From the NCBI GenBank assembly GCA_048268245.1, contig JBLWVX010000008.1, positions 17,127-81,126 on the forward strand: DNA of 64,000 bases, read 5' to 3'. Positions 39,451-49,586 of the stretch are shown piece after piece. The notes beneath the pieces were generated by a model. That model did not search any database, was not told where the DNA came from, and saw nothing but the letters and a program-made list of their open reading frames with translations. The position numbers and the translations under genes were made by a program. Source of the DNA: Arcobacteraceae bacterium (GTDB taxonomy: Bacteria; Campylobacterota; Campylobacteria; Campylobacterales; Arcobacteraceae). Positions within the stretch are counted from its first letter, which is position 1. Every line of letters begins with the position of its first letter.

Positions 39451-40647
39451 TTATTCTATGTTTTTAACTAAAATTGCTGTTCCCATTCCTCCACCGATAC
39501 ATAATGAAGCTAATCCATACTCTAATTCTTGTTTTTTCATTTCATGTACTAATGAAACAATTATTCTATTAGCACTAGCACCAACAGGGTGACCTAAAGC
39601 GATTCCACTACCATTAACATTAATTTTTTTCTGAAGTATCTCATCAGTTAAATTAACTTTTTCTTTTAATAACTCAAATACTCCTAAGATTTGTGATGCA
39701 AAAGCTTCATTGATTTCAATAAGATCAATTTCATCAATTGACATATTAGTCTTTTCTAATAGCTTTTCAATAGCATATGCAGGACTAAGTCCCATAATAG
39801 ATGGATCAATACCTACTTGTGATACATCAATAATTTCAACTAATGGTTTTAGATTATATTTTTTTACAGCCTCTTCTGAAGCAATTAAAGTAAAACTTGC
39901 TCCATCATTTATTCCAGAAGCATTACCAGCTGTAACAGTTCCATCTTTTTTAAATGCAGGTCTAAGTTTTTGTAGTTTCTCAAGCGAAGTATTTCTATTT
40001 ATATACTCATCTTTATCAAAAATAATATCACCCTTTCTAGTTTTAACTGTTACAGGAGTAATCTCATCAACAAATTTTTTTTCATCATCAGCTATTGCTG
40101 CTTTTTCTTGTGAAAATATTGCATATTCATCTTGCATTTCTCTTGTAATGTTAAATTTCTCAGCTATATTTTCAGCTGTTATTCCCATATGATAACCTTC
40201 AAAAGCATCAACTAAAGCATCACTCATTGAGTCAACAAGTTTACTATCACCTAAACTCATTCCTGCTCTTATTTTTGAAGAGACTAAAAAAGGTGCTGAA
40301 GACATATTTTCAACACCTCCTGCAATAATTACATCCTTTTCTCCTGCTTTTATTTCAGAAATTGCATTCATTACAGCTTTCATTCCGGAACCACACAGCA
40401 TATTAATAGAATATGCAACCGTAGATTTAGGTAAACCTCCATAAATTGATGCTTGTCTTCCAATACCTTGAGAATGACCAGCTGATAAGATATTTCCAAC
40501 TATAACCTCATCAACAATTGTGTTATCAATATCCTTTATTAGGTCTTTTATTACTTGTCCAGCTAAATCACCTGGCTTTACATCCTTTAAAGTTCCTAGA
40601 AAACTTCCAATTGCACTTCTTTTTGCTTCAACTATATATACTTTCAT
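39451..40647 (-). CDS. atoB: Acetyl-CoA C-acetyltransferase (thiolase)
   Basis: NMLCGSG, NEAF, GHPVGASA, CIGGGMG. Confidence 0.93.
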   Translation of the reverse strand: MKVYIVEAKRSAIGSFLGTLKDVKPGDLAGQVIKDLIKDIDNTIVDEVIVGNILSAGHSQGIGRQASIYGGLPKSTVAYSINMLCGSGMKAVMNAISEIKAGEKDVIIAGGVENMSSAPFLVSSKIRAGMSLGDSKLVDSMSDALVDAFEGYHMGITAENIAEKFNITREMQDEYAIFSQEKAAIADDEKKFVDEITPVTVKTRKGDIIFDKDEYINRNTSLEKLQKLRPAFKKDGTVTAGNASGINDGASFTLIASEEAVKKYNLKPLVEIIDVSQVGIDPSIMGLSPAYAIEKLLEKTNMSIDEIDLIEINEAFASQILGVFELLKEKVNLTDEILQKKINVNGSGIALGHPVGASANRIIVSLVHEMKKQELEYGLASLCIGGGMGTAILVKNIE

Positions 40648-40660
40648 TTATTTCCTTATA

Positions 40661-41296
40661 TTATTTTTTAAGAGCAACTTTATAAGTTGCAGGGGTAAGC
40701 TCTTTTATTTGCTCTAAAGATGTATCACCTATTAATTCTGTTAAATGTAGTTTTCCATCAATATATTCAAAAACACCTAATTCAGTAATAATCATATCTA
40801 TCACGCTTTTTCCTGTAAGAGGTAATGTACACTCTTTAAGTATTTTAGGAAGTCCTTTTGCCGTATGCTGCATAGCTACAATAACTTTTTTTACACCACT
40901 TACTAAATCCATAGAGCCACCCATTCCTGGTACAAACTTCCCAGGAATATTCCAACTTGCTAAACTACCATTCTCATCTACTTCTAATGCTCCTAATACT
41001 GTAATATCAATATGTCCACCTCTTATAATTTCAAAAGATGTTGAAGAATCAAAAAAAACACCACCTGGTTTTAGATTTACATGTGTTCCTCCTGCATCTA
41101 TAACATCTATATCCTTATTGCTATCACTAGCCTTATCCCATACTCCAGCAAAACCATTTTCTGAATGTAAAACTATTTTTACATCAGAAGGTATGTAGTT
41201 AGGTATTAAAGTAGGAAGTCCTATTCCAAGATTAATAAAATCACCATTACTAAACTCTTTTACAACTCTTTGTGCAATTATTTCTTTTGCTGACAT
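40661..41296 (-). CDS. atoA: Acetate/3-oxoacid CoA-transferase subunit B
   Basis: NLGIGLPT, HSENG catalytic Glu, IRGGH, PGMGGSMDL. Confidence 0.88.
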   Translation of the reverse strand: MSAKEIIAQRVVKEFSNGDFINLGIGLPTLIPNYIPSDVKIVLHSENGFAGVWDKASDSNKDIDVIDAGGTHVNLKPGGVFFDSSTSFEIIRGGHIDITVLGALEVDENGSLASWNIPGKFVPGMGGSMDLVSGVKKVIVAMQHTAKGLPKILKECTLPLTGKSVIDMIITELGVFEYIDGKLHLTELIGDTSLEQIKELTPATYKVALKK

Positions 41297-41298
41297 TT

Positions 41299-41946
41299 TT
41301 ATACCTTTACAATATGATTAATATATACAAATGGAGTATGTACAAAACTAGGATCTAGTTCTCCATCCTCAACTATTTCTTCCACTTCTGCAATTGTTAT
41401 TTTTGCTGCACCTGCCATAGGAACATTAAAGTTTCTTGTTGCACCTTTATATAATAAATTTCCTGCTTTGTCTGATTTGTGGGCTTTTAAAATTGCCAAA
41501 TCTACATGTATAGGCTTTTCTAATATATACTCTTGATCATCTACTGTAACAACATCTTTACCTTCTTGAACTAGGGTCCCTAAACCAGTTCTTGTTAAAA
41601 CTCCTCCAAGTCCAGCAGCAGCTGATCTTAACCTTTCTGCTAATGTACCTTGTGGAACAAGTTCAACTTCAATAAATCCATCATTTACTTGTTGTTGAGT
41701 ATCTTTATTTGTACCAATATGACTAGCCATTAGTTTGGATACCCTTTTATTTGTAATTAACTTGCCCACTCCTTCTCCCTCAAAGAAAGTGTCTGTAGCG
41801 ACTAATGTTAAATCTTTAACATCTGTTTTTAAAATCTCATCAATAATATTATGAGCATTTCCACAGCCTAAAAATCCACCAATGGAGATTGTCATACCAT
41901 CTGTAAGAAATTTTCCAATTTCTCCTATTTCAATTTTCTTATCCAT
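41299..41946 (-). CDS. atoD: Acetate/3-oxoacid CoA-transferase subunit A
   Basis: IGGFLGCG, ASHIGTN, PQGTLAER, GLGT, RNFN. Confidence 0.88.
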   Translation of the reverse strand: MDKKIEIGEIGKFLTDGMTISIGGFLGCGNAHNIIDEILKTDVKDLTLVATDTFFEGEGVGKLITNKRVSKLMASHIGTNKDTQQQVNDGFIEVELVPQGTLAERLRSAAAGLGGVLTRTGLGTLVQEGKDVVTVDDQEYILEKPIHVDLAILKAHKSDKAGNLLYKGATRNFNVPMAGAAKITIAEVEEIVEDGELDPSFVHTPFVYINHIVKV

Positions 41947-41988
41947 TCTAGTATCCTTTTTTAAGTTAGATTAATTACCTACAGTGAA

Positions 41989-42021
41989 AGTATATGAATA
42001 AATAATGATAAAATTATGGCA
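41989..42021 (-). promoter_or_regulatory. CoA-transferase operon promoter with direct-repeat box
   Basis: Minus strand TGCCAT-aattt-TATCAT-tatttattca-TATACT. Confidence 0.7.
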
Positions 42022-42079
42022 ATGATAAAAGTAAAATATTAATTTATAAAATAAGTTTTGGATTAAAATTTTTATAAAA

Positions 42080-42114
42080 ACAATAGCTATGCGGAGACAT
42101 TTCATAGCTATTGT
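42080..42114 (-). terminator. Hairpin ending the acyl-CoA dehydrogenase/ETF operon
   Basis: ACAATAGCTATG-N11-CATAGCTATTGT, followed by a T-run on the minus strand. Confidence 0.75.
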
Positions 42115-42127
42115 ATTAATTGTATTG

Positions 42128-42502
42128 TTAGATTTTTTTTAATATATTAAAGATATTATCAGGTATTTTTATAGCTTTATAGTCTTTTACATAGACTAAC
42201 ACTACTTTAAAAGAACAAATAAGTTCTGTATCCTTTAATATATCTTGCTTTAGTATCACCGAAGAGTTTTTTCTCTCCAGAATATGAGTCCGTATTTCTA
42301 ATAAATCTCCTAAAAATGCAACTTGCACAAAGTCACAAATTATATTTCTTACTACAAAATGTTCTTTTTTTAATTCATCATGGGAAGATAAACCTTCTTT
42401 AAAAAACACTTCAGACCTAGCTCTCTCACAAAACTTTATAAAGTTTGCATGATAGACAATTCCTGCGGCATCTGTATCTTCATAATATACTCTTACTTTC
42501 AT
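42128..42502 (-). CDS. YbgC/FadM-family acyl-CoA thioesterase
   Basis: RVYYEDTDAAGIVYHANFIKFCERAR. Confidence 0.9.
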   Translation of the reverse strand: MKVRVYYEDTDAAGIVYHANFIKFCERARSEVFFKEGLSSHDELKKEHFVVRNIICDFVQVAFLGDLLEIRTHILERKNSSVILKQDILKDTELICSFKVVLVYVKDYKAIKIPDNIFNILKKI

Positions 42503-42505
42503 ATC

Positions 42506-42928
42506 TTACTCTTTTACAACTGCTATTGTTAATCTTGAAGTACAAACTAATTTTCCACTTTCTTTATGACTGATTTTAATATCCCATACTTGTGTACTTC
42601 TACCTATATGAATAGCACTAGCTATACCTTTTACTATTCCATCTTTTACTCCTTTTAAGTGATTTGCATTAATCTCTAAGCCAACTGCTGTAAAACCTTT
42701 TTTACAAGCCATAACAGCAGCTAAACTTCCCAATGTTTCAGCAAACAAAACTGATGCTCCACCATGTAATATTCCATGAATTTGATGGGTTTTTGAATTA
42801 ACTGGCATTTCTCCTACTAAAGTATCATTTCCTATTTCAGTAAGTTTAATACCTAAATTCTCAATTGCTGTATTTTTACTCATAGCATTTAATTCATCTA
42901 AACTAAGCTCTTTATTCCAAATACTCAT
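42506..42928 (-). CDS. PaaI/MenI-type hotdog thioesterase
   Basis: QIHGILHGGASVLFAETLGS, VGLEINANH. Confidence 0.9.
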   Translation of the reverse strand: MSIWNKELSLDELNAMSKNTAIENLGIKLTEIGNDTLVGEMPVNSKTHQIHGILHGGASVLFAETLGSLAAVMACKKGFTAVGLEINANHLKGVKDGIVKGIASAIHIGRSTQVWDIKISHKESGKLVCTSRLTIAVVKE

Positions 42929-42946
42929 AGTTTTCTCCTAGAAATC

Positions 42947-43804
42947 TTATTTCTTAGGGTAATCGTAAAACCCTTTACCTGACTTAACTCCATACCAACC
43001 AGCTTCAACATATTTAACTAATAAGGGAGAAGGACTATATTTAGGATTACCAAACCCTTCATGTAATACATTCATAATAGCTAAGCAAGTATCAAGACCA
43101 ATAAAATCAGCTAATGCTAAAGGTCCCATGGGATGTCCCATACCAAGTTTCATAGCAGTATCTATTGACTCAACATCACCTACACCTTCATATAAAGCAC
43201 AAATAGCTTCATTTATCATAGGCATCAAAATACGATTTGCAATAAATGCAGGATAATCTTTTGAAGTTGCTACAGTTTTACCTAAAGACTGAGCAAATGT
43301 TTTTGTAGTTTCATACATTTCATCACTTGTAGCAATTCCAGGAATAAGTTCAACTAATTTCATAACTGGAACAGGATTCATAAAATGTAAACCTATAAAT
43401 CTATCTGGTCTATTTGTTGCAGCAGCTAATTTAGTAATAGACATACTTGAAGTATTTGTAGATAATAAACAATCATCTTTAATATGTTCTAATAAACCTT
43501 GAAATATTTTTATTTTTAAATCCAAGTTTTCTGTTGCAGCTTCTATAATAAGATCTGCACTATTTAATGTACTAGAATCTGTACCAGTAGATATTCTGTT
43601 TAATGAACTATTCATATCTTCTTGAGTAATTTTTCCTTTTTGTACTTGTCTACTAAGATTTTTATTAATAACTTCCATAGCCTTATCTAGTGCTTCTTGA
43701 GCAATATCAATTAAAATTACTTTATATCCTGACAGGGCACAAACATGAGCAATTCCATTACCCATTTGCCCAGAGCCTATAATTCCAACTTCTTTTATTT
43801 CCAT
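42947..43804 (-). CDS. hbd: 3-hydroxybutyryl-CoA dehydrogenase
   Basis: GSGQMG, EAATEN, TNTSS, GLHFMNPVPVM, HPMGPL..D.IGLD. Confidence 0.94.
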   Translation of the reverse strand: MEIKEVGIIGSGQMGNGIAHVCALSGYKVILIDIAQEALDKAMEVINKNLSRQVQKGKITQEDMNSSLNRISTGTDSSTLNSADLIIEAATENLDLKIKIFQGLLEHIKDDCLLSTNTSSMSITKLAAATNRPDRFIGLHFMNPVPVMKLVELIPGIATSDEMYETTKTFAQSLGKTVATSKDYPAFIANRILMPMINEAICALYEGVGDVESIDTAMKLGMGHPMGPLALADFIGLDTCLAIMNVLHEGFGNPKYSPSPLLVKYVEAGWYGVKSGKGFYDYPKK

Positions 43805-43834
43805 TTTTTTGCCTTTTATAAATTTTTATATTTT

Positions 43835-44476
43835 CTAACTATTTTCTAATATGAAAACAGTTTCAATAGCCTGAGATTTACGCTTTAATCCACTAGGGAT
43901 ATCAATATTTTCATTTAATAATGTAATCTCATAATAATCACTATAATGATGTTCTATTTCTGATAATGGTACAGAAAAAGGAGGTCCATTCATAATATTT
44001 TGATCATAGTCATAACTAATTAGTAATTGAGGTACAGCGTTTGTAATGTTTAACAAATGGCTTACATACTCTATTCTCATTTCCAAAGGAAGAGCAACTA
44101 ATGCCGCTCTATCATAAATAGCATCAATAGGTTTTAATATTTCAGCACTCATGTCAAAAAAATCTCCAACATAAATATCAATATTTTTTGCTTTATATCT
44201 AATAAAGTTATTCTCTTTTGATATTGTAGGAGTAATATTCAACTCTTTAAAAAGTAGGTCAATTGCCTCTTTATTTAACTCAATACCAACAAGATTGTAA
44301 TCCTTTTTCAATAACCATGCTATGTCTAAAGTTTTACCACATAAAGGAAGAAATATACGCTTCTTTTTGGGTAGATTTAATTTATGGAAATATTTAATTA
44401 ACATAGGATTTACTTCTTTTATATGAAAAGCTATTTGATTTTTTTCCCATCTTTCATTCCAAAAATCTATATGCAC
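43835..44476 (-). CDS. tpm: Thiopurine S-methyltransferase family protein
   Basis: FWNERWEKNQIAFH, PLCGKTLD, GDFF, YDRAALVALP, GPPFSV; GTG start. Confidence 0.9.
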   Translation of the reverse strand: MHIDFWNERWEKNQIAFHIKEVNPMLIKYFHKLNLPKKKRIFLPLCGKTLDIAWLLKKDYNLVGIELNKEAIDLLFKELNITPTISKENNFIRYKAKNIDIYVGDFFDMSAEILKPIDAIYDRAALVALPLEMRIEYVSHLLNITNAVPQLLISYDYDQNIMNGPPFSVPLSEIEHHYSDYYEITLLNENIDIPSGLKRKSQAIETVFILENS

Positions 44477-44497
44477 GCTATATCTCCACTTTAATTT

Positions 44498-45409
44498 TTA
44501 TGCTAATTTATTAGTTAATTCTGGTACAAATTGAAGTACATCTGCTACTACTAAAATATCAGCAACCTCATTTATTGGAGCATCTTTATCTGTATTAACA
44601 GCAACAATAAATTCTGATTTTTTCATTCCTGCTAAATGTTGAATAGCTCCTGAAACTCCACAAGCTATATATAATTTAGGTGAAACTGTTTGTCCTGTTG
44701 TTCCTACTTGGTGGCTTTGATCAACCCATGCATTATCAGCAACTGGTCTACTTGCACCCAATTCACCACCTAATTTATCAGCTAGAGCTTGAATAATTGG
44801 AATATTATCTTTCTTCCCAACTCCACGACCAGCTGTTACAATAACTTCAGCTTTTGTTAAATCTAAACCTTTAGCTTCAGCTTCTTCATAAGCTACAAAG
44901 TTTACATTTGACGAAGCATCTGCTGACATATTTTCAATAGAAGGCATACCTTGAGGCTCAGAAAGAGGAGTGAAAGCTCCTGCTTGAATAGTAATAACTG
45001 TTTTATCCGTTTTCGATTTTAATTCTCTTCTTAGTTTTGAGTTACAAGAAGGAACAATAAAAGAGTTATCTTTATAATCAATTACTTCTGTAAATTGTGT
45101 AGCTTTTAATGAAGTAGCAACTCTAGGCGCTAAATCCCAACCAAAAGAAGAGTGTATAAATACAATTAAATCTGGGTTCTCTTTTTCAACTACATCTAAA
45201 ACTAATTGTTTATGTGCACTTGGGTTATACTCACCAAGAGTTTTAGCATCTGCTAAATAAAGTTTTCCATCAAATTTTGGAATATCTTCTTCATAACCAA
45301 CTGCTAACATCACTTTATCTGCTTCTAATTTATCCGCAAATCCTATTAATTCATATGTTACATCTAATAACTTATTTTCTCTATACTCACCAACTAATAA
45401 TATTTTCAT
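44498..45409 (-). CDS. etfA: Electron transfer flavoprotein alpha subunit
   Basis: GASRP, QVGTTG, GVSGAIQHLAGM, AVNTDKDAPI. Confidence 0.94.
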   Translation of the reverse strand: MKILLVGEYRENKLLDVTYELIGFADKLEADKVMLAVGYEEDIPKFDGKLYLADAKTLGEYNPSAHKQLVLDVVEKENPDLIVFIHSSFGWDLAPRVATSLKATQFTEVIDYKDNSFIVPSCNSKLRRELKSKTDKTVITIQAGAFTPLSEPQGMPSIENMSADASSNVNFVAYEEAEAKGLDLTKAEVIVTAGRGVGKKDNIPIIQALADKLGGELGASRPVADNAWVDQSHQVGTTGQTVSPKLYIACGVSGAIQHLAGMKKSEFIVAVNTDKDAPINEVADILVVADVLQFVPELTNKLA

Positions 45410-45422
45410 AATACTTTCCTTT

Positions 45423-46190
45423 CTAAAGAACCGAAGTTTTTTCTTTTAATATTGCAATTAATTTATCTGCAAGCTCTGGAACATCACCTTCTAATACTAG
45501 ACTACCACCACTTTTTTGTGGATAGTAAAAATTAAGTGTTTCATTTAAACTATCACCGCTTGATAACTCTAAACTATCAATAGTTATTAATTCTTTCTTT
45601 TTTGCTTTCATAATATTTGGTAAAGTAGGGTATCTTGGAGTATTAAGTCCTAATTGACAAGTTAATACAACAGGAGTATCTACTTTGATAATAGATTTTA
45701 ATCCACCTTCAAGCTCTCTTTTAACTGTAATACCATCAGAATATTCAAAGTCTGCAATTGTAGATACACAAGCGAAATTTAATAGTTCAGAAACAATAAC
45801 ACCAACTTGAGCAGAACCCCTATCTTGCGACTGCATTCCAGTAAAGATAATGTCAAAACTTTTATCTTTAGCAAAATCAGCAATTAAACTAGCAACTTGT
45901 GAAGAATCTTTTATATAAGACTCTTCATCTTCAATGTGAACAGCTCTATCACATCCCATTGCTAAAGCTTTTTTTAAAGCTTCTTTCACTCTTGCAGGTC
46001 CCACACATAAAACAGTAATGTCAACATCTGATAATTGTTCTTTTAATTGAACTGCTTGCTCAATAGCATATTCATCATATTCATTAATACGATAAGCTAG
46101 ATCATTTTCATCAAACCAATTATTTTGAGTATTTACTTTGAATTTTGATTCCATATCTGGAACTTGTTTAATACATACAAGTACTTTCAT
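45423..46190 (-). CDS. etfB: Electron transfer flavoprotein beta subunit
   Basis: VCIKQVPD, NEYDEYAIE, ALAMG, PRYPTL. Confidence 0.94.
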   Translation of the reverse strand: MKVLVCIKQVPDMESKFKVNTQNNWFDENDLAYRINEYDEYAIEQAVQLKEQLSDVDITVLCVGPARVKEALKKALAMGCDRAVHIEDEESYIKDSSQVASLIADFAKDKSFDIIFTGMQSQDRGSAQVGVIVSELLNFACVSTIADFEYSDGITVKRELEGGLKSIIKVDTPVVLTCQLGLNTPRYPTLPNIMKAKKKELITIDSLELSSGDSLNETLNFYYPQKSGGSLVLEGDVPELADKLIAILKEKTSVL

Positions 46191-46205
46191 CTATATATCC
46201 TTTTA

Positions 46206-48227
46206 TTATTTTTTTAGTCTTTCAACTATAATTTCTGATAAATCTTTTACAACTAAACTATCTTCACACTCTGCCATTTTAATTCCATCTTCAAACATTG
46301 TAAGACAAAATGGACAGTTAGAGATTAGAGTAGGAGCTCCTGTTTCTTGAGCCATGTTAACTCTATCCACATTGATTTTTTTATTTCCTAAATGCTCTTC
46401 TGCAAGGATTCTTCCTCCCCCAGCACCACAACAAGAAGTATCTTTTTTACTTTTTGCCATTTCAATGATATTTGCACCAGCTGAGTCTAAAAGTGATCTT
46501 GGTTCTAAATCAATATCATTGTGTCTTACTAAATAACAAGAGTCATGGTAAGTACAGTCAAACTCTTTTTCTTCCATTGGGATACGCTTTTCTTTTTCTA
46601 ATCTATCTAGGAAAACTGTGTAATGTTCAACTTCTGTTTTTAAACCTAAATCCCTATAGTCTTTATTTAAAGTATTAAAACAATGTGGACAAGTAGTTAC
46701 AATTTTTAAAACATTATATTTATGAAGGTTTTCAATATTTTCTTTTGCTAACTCTTGATATAAATACTCATTACCCATTTTACGAATAGGCTCACCACAA
46801 CATTTTTCTTCTTTTCCTAAAATTCCTACTTTAATGCCAGAAGCATTACAAATTTCAACAAAATTTCTTGCAATTTTTTGGTTTCTTGCATCAAATGAAG
46901 CATAACAACCAACATAATAAAGAACATCTACTGGATTTTTTAAAATATCAGTAGTATCACTCATAATTACAACATCTAAACCTTTTGTCCAATCTCCTCT
47001 TGAAGCTAATGCTAATCCCATAGGGTTTCCATTTACCTCTACATTATCCATAGCTTTCATCACTTCTTCGCCAGCAAATTCACCTTCCATTAAAACAAGG
47101 TTTCTTCTAATATCTACAATCTTACTTACATGTTCATTTGCTGATGGACAAATATCTTCACAAGCTCTACATGTTGTACATGACCAAATAGCATCTTGTC
47201 CAATATCATCAACCAGATTTCTATCAGGGTCATTAAAAGCAGCATCACCAATTTTATGAATTACACTCATAGGAGATAAGGGTTTACCTGTTGCGTTAGC
47301 AGGACAAATATCTTCACATCTATTACAGCTAATACAAGCATCTGCATCAAATATATCTTTCCATGTAAAATCTTTTACAGTTGAAGCACCAAATGATTCA
47401 ATATTTTCATCTTCCATATCTAAAGTAACTAATTTTCCTGTAGGACCTTTATCTTTAAACACATAATTAGCACTAATTGTAAACATATGTCTTAATTTAG
47501 TTAAAGGAATCACTACAAAAAAGGCAAGAACAATTACAAGGTGAAACCACCATAATATTTTATGTGATAATAATAAAGATACTTGACTAACGTCCGAAAG
47601 CATTTTTGCAATAACCATTCCTACAGGAGAGAAAATCATCCATTCTGGATTAGTCTTAAGCTCAGTAGCAGCCATTCTTAAACCTTCAATTAAAAATCCA
47701 GTTATCAAGATAATATACAACAGCACATGAATAATTGTATCTTCACGTGACGTTATTAAATTTTCAGGTTTAAAAACAAATCTTCTTATAAATAAAGCTG
47801 TCATCATAATAATTCCAACAAGTCCAGCAATATCTAAAGATAAAGAGTAAATCTTATAAAAATCCCCTTTTAAAAAGACATAATCAAATAATACTCCTGT
47901 AACATCTGTTTGAACAAAAATTAAGAATGTTCCAATAAATAAGATTATAAATGACCAAAAAAATAAACTGTGAGCAATACCAGGTCTACTATTTCTTCTA
48001 ACTCTAATTTGACCCATCATATTAGTCAACATATATTTTATTCTTTCACCAATATTATCTGTTCTATTTATAGGTCTTCCTAATTGATATACTTTATATC
48101 TTCTATAAAAAAGATATATTACTAACCCCATTGCTAAAAAAGTAAGAAAATACATCAATCCAACAGTTGTTGCAGTCTTTCCTATATTCCAATATACTTC
48201 TCTAGTTATTTCAGTAGTAGCTTCCAT
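46206..48227 (-). CDS. Membrane-anchored Fe-S oxidoreductase (FadF/DUF224; putative ETF:menaquinone oxidoreductase)
   Basis: N-terminal TM domain with several His, two CxxCxxCxxxCP motifs, two CCG domains; lies between the acyl-CoA dehydrogenase and etfB. Confidence 0.85.
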   Translation of the reverse strand: MEATTEITREVYWNIGKTATTVGLMYFLTFLAMGLVIYLFYRRYKVYQLGRPINRTDNIGERIKYMLTNMMGQIRVRRNSRPGIAHSLFFWSFIILFIGTFLIFVQTDVTGVLFDYVFLKGDFYKIYSLSLDIAGLVGIIMMTALFIRRFVFKPENLITSREDTIIHVLLYIILITGFLIEGLRMAATELKTNPEWMIFSPVGMVIAKMLSDVSQVSLLLSHKILWWFHLVIVLAFFVVIPLTKLRHMFTISANYVFKDKGPTGKLVTLDMEDENIESFGASTVKDFTWKDIFDADACISCNRCEDICPANATGKPLSPMSVIHKIGDAAFNDPDRNLVDDIGQDAIWSCTTCRACEDICPSANEHVSKIVDIRRNLVLMEGEFAGEEVMKAMDNVEVNGNPMGLALASRGDWTKGLDVVIMSDTTDILKNPVDVLYYVGCYASFDARNQKIARNFVEICNASGIKVGILGKEEKCCGEPIRKMGNEYLYQELAKENIENLHKYNVLKIVTTCPHCFNTLNKDYRDLGLKTEVEHYTVFLDRLEKEKRIPMEEKEFDCTYHDSCYLVRHNDIDLEPRSLLDSAGANIIEMAKSKKDTSCCGAGGGRILAEEHLGNKKINVDRVNMAQETGAPTLISNCPFCLTMFEDGIKMAECEDSLVVKDLSEIIVERLKK

Positions 48228-48241
48228 AATACTCCCTAAAC

Positions 48242-48260
48242 AAGCCTTTAAAAAAGGCTT
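48242..48260. terminator. Intergenic hairpin between the acyl-CoA dehydrogenase and Fe-S oxidoreductase genes
   Basis: AAGCCTTT-aaa-AAAGGCTT. Confidence 0.45.
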
Positions 48261-48278
48261 TTATTCTTCATTCATTTT

Positions 48279-49421
48279 TTATTTAAATAACATCTTTCCA
48301 ATAATCACACGTTGTATTTCACTTGTACCTTCATATATTTCTGTGATTTTTGCATCTCTATACATTCTTTCAACTTCATACTCACAAATAAACCCATATC
48401 CACCATGAACCTGAATAGCATCTTTTGTAACAAATGTTGCTGTTTCAGAAGCAGATAATTTTGCCATTGCTGATTCCATAATATATGGCTTATTATTTTG
48501 TTTTAACCATGCAGCTTTATAAATTAGAATTTTACTTTGTTCAATTCTTAGTTTCATTTCTGCAAGTTTCATTGATACTGCTTGAAATGCTGAAAGAGGT
48601 TTGTTAAATTGTTTTCTTTCTTGTGTATATTCAACTGATCTTTCTAATGCTCCTTCTGCAATACCTAAAGCTTGGGCACCAATACTAATTCTTCCTGCAT
48701 TTAAAGTTTCCATAGCAATTTTAAAACCATCACCTTCTTTTCCTAACATATTTTCTTTAGGAACTTTAACTCCATCCAAAGCAAATGCTGTTGTATAACT
48801 TCCTCTGATTCCCATTTTTACTTCATTTTTTATGATTTCTACGCCAGGACTTTCTAAATCAATAATAAATGCCGATAAACCTTTATGTCCTAAAGTCTTA
48901 TCTTTTGTTGCAATTACAATTCCAGTACCTTTATATGCACCATTTGTAATAAATATTTTTGATCCACTAATTACATAACAATCATCTTCTTCTTTATATT
49001 TAGTATCAATATTTGATACATCACTACCTGCATTTGGTTCTGTTTGTAAAAAACAACCAATTTTTTCACCACTTGCCAATGCAGGAAGATATTTTTCCTT
49101 TTGTTCTTGCGTTCCATAAGATAAAATTGGTCCACAACATAACGAAGTATGTGCTGCAATTAAAACTCCTGTTGAAGCACAAGCTTTTGATACTTCTGCA
49201 ACAGTTAAAATATACGAGAAATAATCCATTCCAGCTCCACCATACTCTTCAGGGATATAAGTACCCATAAATCCTAATTCACTTATTTGAGAAATTAAAG
49301 ATGAAGGGATTTCATGTTTCTCATCAATCTCAACAGCCAAAGGTTTAATTTCATTATTAACAAAGTCCTTAAGACTATCTATTAATACTTTATGATCTTC
49401 ACTTAATTCAAAATTCATCAT
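48279..49421 (-). CDS. bcd: Short-chain (butyryl-CoA-type) acyl-CoA dehydrogenase
   Basis: TEPNAGSD, GSKIFITN, KMGIRG, RKQF, HGGYG, IYEGTSEIQR. Confidence 0.85.
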   Translation of the reverse strand: MMNFELSEDHKVLIDSLKDFVNNEIKPLAVEIDEKHEIPSSLISQISELGFMGTYIPEEYGGAGMDYFSYILTVAEVSKACASTGVLIAAHTSLCCGPILSYGTQEQKEKYLPALASGEKIGCFLQTEPNAGSDVSNIDTKYKEEDDCYVISGSKIFITNGAYKGTGIVIATKDKTLGHKGLSAFIIDLESPGVEIIKNEVKMGIRGSYTTAFALDGVKVPKENMLGKEGDGFKIAMETLNAGRISIGAQALGIAEGALERSVEYTQERKQFNKPLSAFQAVSMKLAEMKLRIEQSKILIYKAAWLKQNNKPYIMESAMAKLSASETATFVTKDAIQVHGGYGFICEYEVERMYRDAKITEIYEGTSEIQRVIIGKMLFK

Positions 49422-49448
49422 ATACTCCTAGTTAAATTTTATAAAAGT

Positions 49449-49481
49449 AGTATAATTAGAAAAGATGACATAAAAATGTCA
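49449..49481 (-). promoter_or_regulatory. Acyl-CoA dehydrogenase operon promoter with direct-repeat box
   Basis: Minus strand TGACAT-tttta-TGTCAT-cttttctaat-TATACT. Confidence 0.7.
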
Positions 49482-49534
49482 TTAGATATATAATTAGATT
49501 ATTAATATTTAGAAAATTCTTTTGTAAAAGTATT

Positions 49535-49576
49535 TATCTCTTGTAAGCACTTTATATAGTACTTACAAAAGAGATA
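49535..49576 (-). terminator. Imperfect hairpin after the permease gene
   Basis: TATCTCTTGTAAGCAC...GTACTTACAAAAGAGATA. Confidence 0.55.
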
Positions 49577-49586
49577 TTCAGTTTAT

